A stretch of DNA of 64,000 nucleotides, taken from assembly GCA_016748015.1 (NCBI GenBank), contig JAAOMT010000258.1:312173-376172 (forward strand), written 5' to 3'. Shown here piece after piece: positions 26,001-38,404 of this stretch (within the stretch, counting starts at the first letter, position 1; every line of letters begins with the position of its first letter). A program made the translations under genes and the position numbers. Source of the DNA: Geosiphon pyriformis uo1 (Eukaryota; Fungi; Glomeromycota). The notes under the pieces were generated by a model. It saw only the letters and a program-made list of their open reading frames with translations. It did not search any database and was not told where the DNA came from.

Positions 26001-27619
26001 TAAATTAATTAAAATCATTTAAAACGGCAAACGTTTGAAATGGAAAAAAAATTACGTTTCTCTAAAAACCTGTGTAAGCAAAATACCTTGCATATGTATA
26101 AAGGGTTTCAATCATTTAATTCAAAAAGATTGATTACATTTTCAAGATTACAGAGAATTACAGATAAGAGTCCATTTAAATATTGGGTAGCATTTACGTT
26201 AAAAATGGTCTAGTCGCAACGGATTTGCATCTGAAAAATTTAAAAAAAAAAATTCCATGGGAAATCTACAAAGAGATACCAATTTGTGTTCAATGCCAAA
26301 CGTTAGACTATTTTAAAACTCTTTTTATTTTATTTTTAAAAAATAACAGAAACTGGCCACACAGAACATAATTTTTTTATTCGAAACTGTTCAACAGTTG
26401 CCAGTGTACACCAAGATTTTATCAGCATTTAGAGTAACAGTAAAAATAAATTTATTTTCCTTGATTTCTCTTTTGCACCACCTAGGACATTCCATATGCA
26501 GGAAATTTAGCCACATAAAATAAAATATTATCTGCTACTGCTGCTGCTGCTGAAACCAAAAGAAGAAATCTGGCTTTGAGCAATCAAATTAATCGTTTTA
26601 TTCATCAAATCAAAAAAAAATCCTTATACCTTCGGTGGTAATTGGATACGAGAAACATGTGACAAAGATTGAAAAGTTAAGAAAAAAGTCGTGTTTTGTC
26701 AAGACCGAAAAAGAACTAGTTTCTTTACGCGCGCGACATAAAATTTCGTGTGATTTTTTAATAATTGTAGAATTTTAATTTAAAAAACAAAACAAGGGGA
26801 AAAAACGTGTGATTCAAGACCATTTTCTCATGCAAGCCCCAGAAAACTTTAAGAATAAATGAGTAATTAGTGTTTCAAAAAAATCAATTTCTTTAAAATT
26901 TGGATTAATATGTTCTGGTCTCGTTTCATTTTTAGTATAGAGTCTAGTTAAAACAACGAAAGAAAATCCCTTTTTTTAGATGAGGTAAACATTCAGAAAA
27001 AGAACAGGTCTGTGATGTGATTGAAAGTTATAAGTTCGGTCCTTTTATAAATGAGCCGAAAATAGTGAGAACCTTTTTGTATCAAAATACAACAATTTGA
27101 GTCGTACAAATTTTTTCTATAATATTCCAGGTATGGTCGAGAATGAAAGGTTGGACAGTTAATCTTCATATCAAAAGTAGCAATACCCTGGCGGGCACAG
27201 GTAGCCGCAAAAAAGCGACAATTGTGTCATTATTGGATTTCCTTTTTAAGCAATTCATGGCATCATTAAAGATTTTTGTAAACGTATCTCAATCCTCAAA
27301 AAAAAAAATTTCATATTTTCGAATTCTGAATTTTTTTTAATTTTTTCTTACAAATTCACTTGGCGGCGTTATCTCAATTCTAAATCGGCTGATTTGCCAG
27401 TTTTCCCGTTGTATCACTAAATAATACACTAAGTAAAAGTTACGCAACCGGGTTTTGATCAATGAACATTTGAAAATGAAATCATGTCATGAATCGGGGT
27501 CTGAGTTGAAAATAGGAATAGCGATCTCCCACATCATGGGTCTTTGGACAAAAATAAGATGAAAGATGAAAATATTTAAAAGCGTCCAGACTTTTTATAA
27601 CAATGACATTTACCTTTTA

Positions 27620-27710
27620 ATAATCATCATCATCATCATCATCATCATCATTATTATTATTATTATTATTATCATCTCCATTGTCATTATTATCATTATC
27701 ATCATTAGAA

Positions 27711-27742
<32 letters not shown>
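27620..27742. repeat. (ATC)n/(ATT)n microsatellite plus poly-T tract directly 5' of the HMG gene
   Basis: Directly visible. It produces the spurious poly-I/poly-M/poly-F ORFs in the track. Confidence 0.9.
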
Positions 27743-27743
<1 letters not shown>

Positions 27744-27745
<2 letters not shown>

Positions 27746-28505
27746 GGATCAAAAAAATTTAATGTCCACAAAATTATTAAAAAAATCAAAAGATAAATGG
27801 TCAGTACCATGGGCACAACACATTTCAGCTCGAATTCAAAGTGAAATAATTCAAAAAAATATTCACGTTCCTCCCTTAAGCATGTCTCTTGAAAAACTTT
27901 TATCACCTACAGATAAACCTCGTCATCCAAATCCAATAAGTTGTCCACAAAACGCATACATTCTTTATCGAAAAGAAGCTCAATTTCATATTCATCGTGA
28001 GATGCCAAATTCAAATTTTATTCAAGTTTCCAAAATCGCGGGAAAAAGATGGCGAGCTGAATCGCCTCAAGTTCGAAAATTTTTTGGACTTTTGGCTGGC
28101 GTTGCTCAACTTATTCATGATGATATGGTCGCTGCGACAGAGAATAAGGCAGCCGGGTATCGAACCAAGAAGCCAAATGAAGGGAATGAATGGCGACGTC
28201 ATGCCACGTTGCCACAAGTATGGACCCGTGCTGACTACCCTCATGATATCTCATTAGAAAAGAAAAATTCAAAGGCAGCTTACTCGGTATTTTCTGTTCA
28301 AGGGGATTTTCAGGCTATAATGGAAGAATATCCTGTCGGACCTATTTCTACTTTGAAACCTTCACCTAATTCCGCATTCAAAATTGCCAAACCTTTAGAA
28401 TCTTTTGAAAAAAACAAACAAGTCCACCATCATATTTTTCATCCTTATCCTTGTTTTCGTCGAGTACCAATTCAAATTATTTTTCGTTCAGAAAGCTGTT
28501 ATTAA
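27744..28505 (+). CDS. MATA-type HMG-box transcription factor
   Basis: PNPISCPQNAYILYRKEAQ...NFIQVSKIAGKRWRAESPQVRKFFGLLA...H matches the MATA_HMG consensus (RPxNAFILYR...ISKxxGxxWxxE...). The first ATG after the poly-T tract is at 27744. Intronless. Confidence 0.9.
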
Positions 28506-28749
28506 TAACCAAGTAATGATATTTGTTTATTATAGCCAATATACCAAAAAAAATCATTATTTTGTAAAGTATTCTTTAATTTGAATAATTTAATTTGATG
28601 CCAATTTTTCAAATCTTTTTGTCACACATTTAAAGATTTTATGCGACTAACGAGTCACACCATTTGGATCAAAATAATCGTAAAATATTCTAGCGTAAAA
28701 ATTTGTAAATTCTTTATGTTTCATTTCGTTCGGTTCGATTTGTTCGTAT

Positions 28750-28816
28750 TTTTTCTGTTCTATTCTGTTCTGTTTTGTTTTGTTTTGTTCTGTTCTGTTC
28801 TGTTCTGTTCTGTTTT
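28750..28816. repeat. (TTCTG/TTTTG)n pentanucleotide repeat
   Basis: Directly visible. Confidence 0.85.
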
Positions 28817-29420
28817 GTACTTTAATGTAAATCTTTAAAAAAGTCTGTTTTTTATGTAAAAAATTTTATTCGAGTTTTTACCTTAAAACATGGAGGAAAT
28901 TTCGAATATTGCTATACTGACTAAATGTTGTCCCAAGAAGAAAATCAAGTATATAGGATCAAAGAAAGTGAAAATATTGTAAAATTAACAATAGTTGAAA
29001 TATATTACTAAAATAGCTATATTATCCAATTTACTTTGAATTGCATAGAGTTTTGATTAAAAAAATTTGGAAATTTAGGTGTTGACAAATGTTCATATTA
29101 GAAAAAAAATTAACATTGTAGCCTAATTTTATATTATATAAAGGTTAAAACCTTACTCAATTGTGCTTGATCGGCAATATAGTAAATTCGAAAGTTCTAT
29201 TCAATAACGGGATTCAGGAATAACAATGAAGCACGAAATTTTCAGCTGGGTTCCCAAGATCTTTGTCTTTTAATGACAAGAGAATGATAAAAGCAGTTTT
29301 AACAAAAAACACATTTACTTTTTTTTCCGGTAAAACAATTTTCTTTAAACATGAATAAATAAAATTTGGTATTTAGTTGTTTTTTTTCTTAAAGAGTGGT
29401 TTTTTCAATATATATATATA

Positions 29421-29522
29421 TAGTAAATAGTAAATAATAAATAATAAATAATAAATAAAATAAATAATAATAAAGTAAATAGTAAATAGTAAATAGTAAA
29501 TAGTAAATAATAAATAGTAAAT
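29421..29522. repeat. (TARTAAA)n heptanucleotide repeat
   Basis: tagtaaa/taataaa units repeated about 14 times. Confidence 0.85.
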
Positions 29523-30197
29523 ATATGTATATCAAATTTGTATCATTAAAATCGATGAATTTTAATTAAAAAAAAATTTATATTCAAACTGACTTGTACC
29601 ATTAAATTTTTCCCCAATAGACATTTTTATCACGAATTTGACTGGGAAATTTTCAAAAAAAAAAAAACTTTTTTGCTTTGAGAAACCAAAGTAAAGCCCT
29701 ATGTGTAGTAGAAATGTTTTAACAATAATAAATAAAAATTATTTTTTTTATCATCATCCTTTTTTTTACCAAAAATGTATTACGTAAATTTGGGAGTGTT
29801 AAAAAGAAATTAACCATAAATGAAACCAAATTATCCATTTATTAAAACTATTAATCTCATAAAAAGAATCCGAATATAGATGTGTATCACTGTGAGAAAA
29901 CCAAAAGTTATTCTCAATATCAAAGTTTTTCGCCTTGGATTATATCCTATGAAGCCTGTACATGCTTATACATACATGTTTTATTGTTCAAATATTCTAA
30001 ATAGAACTTTTTTTTGGAAATCAAACTTTGAAGAAATGATATAAATGCTAGTTTAAAAGTGTAGAATTTTTGTTTTACAAATTCACTTTTCTAGAAGAAA
30101 AATTTATTTTTTGAAACTAAAAATTTTGTAAACAAAAATTTCTCGTTTGAAATTTCTAATTTGAACAAATATTTTAGTACTTCAAAGAGAGAGAGAG

Positions 30198-30234
<37 letters not shown>

Positions 30235-31751
30235 AAATTAATTTTTAATTCACAAAATATTATTTAATATATTAATCATTTTTGAAATGATTTTTGCTTT
30301 AAGGATAGAAAAATTTTTTATATTCAAACAATATTAAAACTTTACAGGACATTTTTGATCTTAAATCAACAATTGTTAATTTTAAAAGGTTATATATTGA
30401 ATGATAATATGATAGAATAAATTCTCCGTTTAACAATTAAAAGTAATAAATAAGTTATTTAATCAGTGATATACGAACTCATAAAATTTTAGCTAGGTTA
30501 AAGATAAAAGATTGGATGATTAATTAATGCGCATACATACAATTTGGTTTTCAATATATAGAATTTTGTTACACTTCTTTTTCTAGACTTTTTATTTAAG
30601 CAAATCCCATTTGAAAAGCTTTTTTCACATGATAAATTATGCATACTTTTGAATAAGTTAATCTATACTATTATTAACTGAAATAAATAAAATCTTTTAA
30701 TAGCCAAAAAAGTACATGAAATAGTTTACATATATTTCATTATTTAAAATGTTAAAAGTATCAAATGATTTGATAAATTCCTTTTCCTTTTTTTTCAATT
30801 GAAATCTTATGTTAAAAGATAAAACCTGAAAACAGGAGAACAATTATTAATTGGTTTAATTCCTGATTTTTGAGTTCGTCAAAACTACAACAACTTGAAA
30901 AAAAAAAAAAAAAAATTTAATTCCAAAAAAATAAATAAATAAATCTTGTTTTAGAGAGATTTATTTATTTTAAAAATAATTATGTCTAAAATACCACTTG
31001 ATAATCTCACGCTATCATATTTTCTAAACTAATTACGTATGTATTTGTAATGGAAATTAATTTAATAGAAATGCTGATAAGGAAATTTTTGTAAAAGGTT
31101 TATTTTTAATTGAAGTTTCATGTGTGACATGTGAACATTGATTAAAGTATTAGTTTTTCCGATTTTCTATAGAAAAATTTTTAATTCATATTATGTGGAA
31201 AAAAATTTTAATGGTCATCATCCCACATTTTAATAAGGAAAATATTCAAGTCATCAGAAAAGTAGTGGTAATAAGGCGTGTGAAAAGGAGAAAAAGTGAA
31301 AAAGAGTCAAAGAAACCAGCTTATTGTCTAGCTGGTTTTGACCAATAATGAGGCAAAAAAATATCTTTCAATAACTAATTTTAAATTAAAAATTGAAACT
31401 TATACATGTACTTGTTCCTAAATTGAAATTTTAAATTTCAAATTCATGTATCATTTTTGAAATCGATCAACTTTGTACCCTTTTTCATGATTGCATATGA
31501 TATTCAAAATAAAAAAAATTTATAAAAAGCTTAGAGTGTTGTGAAAAAGATTATTCTTTTATTTCAAATAATTTAATTTTTTCCTATTTTATATTTTTAT
31601 ATTTTTGATTCATAGGTCATAATATAATCACTCATTTTAATCACCATCCTCACATTCCCTTTGATTAATTCTTTTTTCATCCTCGATTAACGTCATCATA
31701 ATTGATTTGTAGGTTGATTATTATAGCGACCCTGAATTCAGCGAAAAAAAA

Positions 31752-32396
31752 ATGGTGCGATACTCTAAAAATGAAACCCACCAAACCCTTAAATCTCAGT
31801 CCAATTATTGCACAATCTCACAGAATGAGCATAGTATCAGTCTAAATGGTGATAACGAATTTCTCCAAAAGCCTCACGATTTTAACGATTCTACTAAAAA
31901 GAATAATACAATATCCTTTCCTTCACCTCTCGAAATTCCCTTTATCTTGCCGAACAACACAATGACCTTGAAGAATTGCTTTTATGAACAGAATAAAAGT
32001 CAAGTTTTTCCCGAAATAAACTCGCAGAAAGAAATATATCACATAATTAATACGTCAACGGAAAAAAAGTTATTGTCATCTGTAATTTCTTGTCAGGAAA
32101 AGCAACATTCCCTTTCCCTTGATGAAGCTTTAAAACGACTAGTCTGGCTCAAAGAAAATAAACTAAATGGTAATATTGAAGATTCCTTTTCTTCCAATCC
32201 ATCAAATACACAAAGAAAAGTACCGTTTCGATATTCACCACCACTACCACCACCACCACCACCTATTCACGTTGACAATCTGTCATCATTTTCAAATAAC
32301 TTAATACCAACCTTTTCAGAATCTTGTCGCTCTTCTTTTTTTCCCTCAATTAATGATATTCAAGAGAGTTTTGAACAACGCTGGCTTTTAAGATAG
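31752..32396 (+). CDS. Hypothetical 214-aa, largely disordered protein with a poly-Pro tract
   Basis: Intronless ORF with raised GC in an AT-rich background and a good start context (aaaaaATGG). Contains a short amphipathic segment LSLDEALKRLVWLKEN and PPLPPPPPP. No recognisable domain. Confidence 0.6.
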   Translation: MVRYSKNETHQTLKSQSNYCTISQNEHSISLNGDNEFLQKPHDFNDSTKKNNTISFPSPLEIPFILPNNTMTLKNCFYEQNKSQVFPEINSQKEIYHIINTSTEKKLLSSVISCQEKQHSLSLDEALKRLVWLKENKLNGNIEDSFSSNPSNTQRKVPFRYSPPLPPPPPPIHVDNLSSFSNNLIPTFSESCRSSFFPSINDIQESFEQRWLLR

Positions 32397-33580
32397 GTTT
32401 TAATCAATCAAAGCTTTAAAATCGGAATAATATCATTTAATAAGAAAATCTATAAAAGATGAATGTCATCGGATCTTTTGTAAAATATTACAACTTAATT
32501 CTCAAATTTTGCAGTCAAATTTTAAAAAGTATGGACATTCAATCTCTACAGACGAATATCTACAAAATTTATAATCAATTTTTTAACTTGAAAATTAACT
32601 TTTATTGGCATCTTTAAAACATGTTAGCAATAAATATTTCAAATTTTGAAACGATAAATTTCACCAATAAAAAATTTTGGTATTTAAAGACTAAATTTGG
32701 AAGAAAAAGTTTCAAAATTTTTTTTTTGAAAAAGTATATTGGAAAAGATTTATGCTATAAAAAATTTCAAATTTTCAAGCTCTCAATACATTCTAAAAAA
32801 AAAGGAAATATGAACGAAAATAATTTTTATTAAGAAACCTATTTTAGTTTCTAGTGATACCGAGGTACATGTGAAAAATCACGCTAAAAACAGGTATTAA
32901 TTTGAAATTCAACAAAAATTTTTTAATTAAAAGTTATAATTAGGCCAATTAATCACGTAAGATTACATTTTTGAATTAATACGACAAGAAAATGAGAATT
33001 TTTTTAAAAGATTTTTTTTATATAAATTTAATTTATTACAAATAAATTATTAATGGGATATGTTCAAAAAATTTTGATATTTTTTAAATTTGAACCAAAT
33101 ATTAATTTAAAATAAAAAAATAGTTAACATGTAGGCACCAAGTATTAGATAATATGTGGTTAATGACTTTAATGAAAGGAAAAGTCATTAAAAATTAAAA
33201 CTTTAAGACAAACCCTTTTAAAGTTTTAATTTCTGTAAACCTTAAAAAAAAATATTGTGTGTTGATTAAGCAATTTTTGATGATGACAATATAAGAATAT
33301 AAACTAAAAAAAAATAAAATTTCTTATTATGTTTAAAAAAGTGTATAACTAATTTTTTTTTTTTTTTTTTTTTTTTGGAAATGTAATTTCGGCAAAAAAG
33401 ATTGGTATTTATTTTATTCTACCAATCGGACCAAAAAAAATATAAAACTTTAAATTATTTTACTTTTTATATAAAATACAAATGACTAATTTTTTTGAAA
33501 ATTATAATTTTTCAAGTTCTTGTTTGGGTCATTTTACTTTGATATTTGTGTCAATTTCGATCAGGATCTAAATTATTTTT

Positions 33581-33652
33581 CATTTAATAAAAATATACTA
33601 TTCATTTAATAAAATATACTATTCATTTAATAAAAATGTACTATTCATTTAA
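33581..33652. repeat. 21-22-bp minisatellite (CATTTAATAAAAATATACTATT) x3.5
   Basis: Directly visible. Confidence 0.85.
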
Positions 33653-34908
33653 TTTTGATGTTAAATTAGAAAAAAAAATATATATATATAGTGAAAACTC
33701 TACAAAAATAAAGTTTATTATTTTTAATATTTTTCATTTATTTTTAATTTAATCAAAATTATAGAAACAAAAAAAAAATTATATATATATATATATATAT
33801 TTAAATATTAGCATTTTCAAATAATAATTATTGTATTAGAAACAGACGTGTAAAAATGTATAAAACAATAAATAAAATTTTAATTATTATTAAATCTTTG
33901 AAGAAAAATATAATAATTATAAATATAAATATATATATTTATATTTATATTTTTAATTCAATTTTTAATCCAAAAATTTTATAATGTGTTAATTAAAAAT
34001 TATTGTGTGTAATAAAAAAATCTTTGTAAATGTTTGTGTTAAACAAAAAACTTTGTACTATTAATAATAATAATAATAAGATATTTTAATATAAAAAATG
34101 TATTTAATACATTTATATGAACCTGTCGACAAAAAAAAAGATCAATTTCAAATTATTTTTACATTTGTAAGAAAAGAAAAGAAAAGAAAAGAAAAGAAAA
34201 ATAATTGTCTACAAGAAAAATTTAACTATTGTACTTTCTAAAATCTATTATAGCTTAAAAAAATACTTTTTTTTTCGTTTACAACATCTGATGCTTACAA
34301 TTAAACAAAAAAATCAAATTAATGCAGAAAAATCTTAATAATAAAAATTGGTCATAAACCTTCTTTTTTCAGATGAAAATGTTATTTTAACTGTTTCAAA
34401 ATACAATCGCTCAATTGTACAAAAGCATATCATTTAAAGCACATAAATTGTAAACTATTTCAGTTGTGATCGATTGTTTATCTCATAGTCTCGACCTCAA
34501 TCCTATTGAAAAATTTCGGAAAAATTTTTAAGAGATATGTGGAGGAAAGAAAATTCAAAATTTAGAGTAATTAAAAATATTTATGTTTGAAAGATATTTG
34601 CTTACAAGGTTTTACTTAAATGAAATTAACAAATAAATTTATATGTAAGACAATAATTAAAATAATTGATTTTTCTATATGTGAATTTTTGAAAGTTAAT
34701 TTAATATTGTTATTTATTGCATTCGAAATTAATATATTTGAATAAAAATTTTCTGTTATATTACAATTTAATTTTGTTTTTTATAAATTAATAAACAAAT
34801 ATTAAAAATTCTCAATCAGTTTCAATCAGTTTCAATCAGTTTTGTCTCTTATTTTAAAAAAAAAAAAAAAAAAAAAAACAATAATGAAATTTATTTATGA
34901 TTATTTTT

Positions 34909-36347
34909 TTAATGTCCAAAGATAATTTGAATTAATCTTTCCCAAATATTCAGATTATGAGTCTCTAAAACATTTGAAGAAATATTCCAAGGAGCTGGAT
35001 CATTAAGACAATTTCTCATCATATATCCAAAATAAGGACCATTATTTGATAAAAAGTTTCGATTTATAAATTGACCATTACATTCCTAAAGTGATAAAAA
35101 TTGTTTTCAGAGTTTATTTTTATCCACTAAAAAAATAAAATAATCATAATTTACTGACCTGACTTTCCAAAATAATGCTAGGCATATTTTCCGGATATAG
35201 CGTCACCCCAACACACAGAAAGGCCTTCCAGTTAGCACATTCACAATTAGATTCAATCCAAACTTCTACACTAGTATGCTCATAAAAATTCCCAACCGTA
35301 CTTGATGGAAGTTTTGGTACATAATCATCCATATAAGTCACCCGTACTACACAAATAGCCTTCGATGTCCTAATGTGTTGTACAAATTCCCGATTACCTA
35401 AATGCGGTTGACCAAAAGTATATACTCTCAGAAATATATTTAGGTCCAAGTGAATCATTTCCAACATTTGTAATACTGCATAAACTAAAAAAAAGGAAAA
35501 AGCGTCACATCAAACAATAATTCCCAAGTTGATGTTCAAATAAATTTTTGGATGAAAAAAATTTACTGATAATCTTACCACCACCAGAACCATGCCCAAC
35601 GGCCACAATTGTGTTAATATTGTATTCTTTTATACCCGATAAAATAAGGCTCGTCATTTTTATGTGTATTCTCTGAAATTTTTCATAAAAGACTCTATCA
35701 ACTTTAGCTCCAATAGCATACCGATTTGTCGTAGGGTAGTCAACAAGTTCATTATTTCGAATCGACCAGTCTTGCTCATTATCAACTCTAGATCCTCTAA
35801 CTATTAGAATTAATTTTGAATCTCGTACGGCAACTCCGGCTAAAGATGATAAATAATTTGATATTTTTTTCTTTAATGATTTAATCGAAAAAATTTATTT
35901 TTCATCTCAAAAACTTACCATAAATCTCATGGCCAACCAAATTTTCTTCACCCAAACAATATGATCTCATTGCCCACCATGCGTATTCATCTATACGGTC
36001 ACGTTTTATTTCAGAAATTAGGTATTCACGTTTGATCCTATTCCCGGCAGGGATTGATCTTGCAATTGATTTAACTTTATGACTACCATTGTAATTGGTA
36101 ATCAAGATATATTTGTTAAGTTCAATTTTCTGGATGTCCTTTTCGAATAAAGTTAATTTGTTGCACAAGAAACCTGTAGCAACTTTATGAAAAGATTTTA
36201 TTTTATATTAGGAGCGAGAGAATTTTTTCTTAAATCATAGGATTCTCAAAGATTTTTACCATATGCAATAAATATAAAAAGATTTAAAAAAAAGACAATA
36301 AATAAAGTTTTTAAAAACCAATTGAAGCTGTTGCTCTTGTTTATCAT
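34909..36347 (-). CDS. Secreted/membrane-anchored class-3 lipase-like protein (5 exons: 36347-36260, 36173-35919, 35839-35579, 35484-35159, 35085-34909)
   Basis: Hydrophobic N-terminus followed by lipase-3 landmarks: SYC, LIVRGS, AKVDRVFY, IVAVGHGSGGVYA, VYTFGQPHLGNREF, RVTYMDDYVPKLP, YEHTSVEVWI, GPYFG. All junctions are GT-AG and in frame. Confidence 0.88.
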
Positions 36348-37294
36348 TTTCCAAATTTTTATGTCCAGGGAAAATTATCAATATATATATAAATATATAT
36401 ATTTGGATAGTATATGAGATATCCCCTCTTTTGTATTCGAAGTCGATAAAAAAGATTTCATAGAGCTAAAAAACTTTATAAGTCACTGAGATGAAAAATT
36501 ATCTTTTATTTTTATCACGAAATACCCCATGTTATTGTTATTTACCTAAATTTAGCTGAGAATTTTTTCGATGATTACAACTTTGAAATAATCCACGAAA
36601 ACTTTTCGAGTTAAAATATGGTAACCTCATTTTATTAATTGAAAATTTTATATATATGGCAAAGCAGAATCTTCAAAAAAAAAAAAAAATATTAATTTAC
36701 CTTAAATGACATCATCATGTGAAAATTTCTTTTGTTCCTTGATGAATTCTGGTTAAAAAGAATTTAAATTATCAGCTGAAACTATTTGCTGAAGATTAAA
36801 TATTTCTTATCTAAGAAATGAAATAGACGATTTATTTTGAATCACTTAATTTTTCAATTTCTAAATGATTGTATATGGAAAAAACAATCTTAATTGACAT
36901 ATTTGAGAAAAAACTTTTGAACAAATCGATCGATTTCCAATGAAAAGAATTTATTTCGATAGTGTGAATGAAATTTTCTAAACTTATTGGGAGTTTATTA
37001 AAAAAAACACTTTATTCAAGAGTCGGAATTTCTTTCCAAAATTTGAGTAATTTAATATCTCCATTTACAATAAATTCTTAAATGAAAATCGTCATTGTTA
37101 TTTGTCAACATCTTCTTTATTCGTGATAGTTTCAAAGTATAATTATAAAAATTAAAATTTTATTTAACTTAATTGAATCTATTATTTTATATTACATGTA
37201 CAGTATATTCAAATTCTGTAAATTATCTCTATCTGAGAAGAGAGCTCAAAATATTCCATTGAGTACATCAATTTTCAGCAGCATTTCTATTCAA

Positions 37295-38261
37295 TTAAAA
37301 ATTGTACAAAGTTATTTCGCTCGACACATCACTTTCAACTGTATCCATTTGTCTTGTATTGAATGCGCTATAACCTGGAACTTGGTTGTCAAAGGATTTT
37401 TTCCTTTGCGGGCAAATAGCTCCAAAAATCTTCTTAAAGGTTTCTGAGAAAAAAAATGTATGCAAAAAAGAATTTTTGAGTGTGTATTTCAAAGATTGAA
37501 ATAGTAATGGTGGTGAATTGAAAAATTTGCTTACCTCTTGTTAAAAATCGGTCAATTCTTAATTTACATTTTTTTCCAAGAGTACTCGGTGCTTCAAAAG
37601 ATGGTATTGATTCAAAATTTTTAGCGTTACTAACCACTGAAATATCCAGTTTCTTTTGAAAGTGCTCAATTTTCGATCGGACCACCAGATTTCTTATTTT
37701 CTTTCGACCCCGTTCACCGATCAAGACTACATCGGGCTTAATACTTTTACAAAGATCTAATAATTCGTGACGTGGATTACCTTCCAAAATTATCAGAGTA
37801 CTTGTAATCTATTCAAGGGATTAAAAATTTTTAAATCGTTGAAAATTTTCTGAAAATAATTAAAAATTACAAACTTTCATAAAACATACATTCTTGTAAT
37901 ATAATTGGCGTGATAAATTTTCCAATTGATTTCTAGCCTCTTGCTCCTTTCTTTTTTGCCATTCTGTATCCTGAAAAGGCATTTGAGACTGGATTGTCAC
38001 ATTAGGGACCATTCCTACGCCCACCATCAACAAATCAGAATATAGGAAATTCGAAACTTTAGGTAGTGTTACGACCATGACTAGAAAGACGTGATCCAAG
38101 TCTGGTTGAAGGAAATCATCCAAGGCCCATTGAAAAAGTTGTGTGGCAGGTTCAGATTCGTGATATGCGAGCATCACTCGTCGTCGTCGCATTAGTGGTC
38201 CAAGGGTGGTGTTTGATGAAGCTGCAGCCAAGTAATGACTAGAATTTTCGACAAATGCCAT
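37295..38261 (-). CDS. Universal stress protein (Usp) domain protein (3 exons: 38261-37890, 37808-37535, 37443-37295)
   Basis: RRVMLAYHESEPATQLFQWALDDFL..DHVFLVMV and ILEGNPRHELLDLCKSIKPDVVLIGERG match the Usp pattern. Splicing is in frame. Confidence 0.85.
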
Positions 38262-38368
38262 TTTTAATGGGAGTCAGATTAGATGAATATTCTTCTCTCT
38301 CGCAAGAAAAGTGTTTTGCGAGGCTATCATCTGATAAAAATTCAGAAAGACCCTTATATATATATTTA

Positions 38369-38404
<36 letters not shown>

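Noticed and set aside
27566-27906. Poly-Ile/poly-Met/poly-Phe ORFs
   Set aside because: Translations of microsatellite and poly-T tracts.
27744-28505. HMG gene as a Mucorales-type sex (MAT) locus
   Set aside because: No flanking triose-phosphate transporter or RNA helicase gene in the window, and MATA-HMG genes are a large family in this fungal group.
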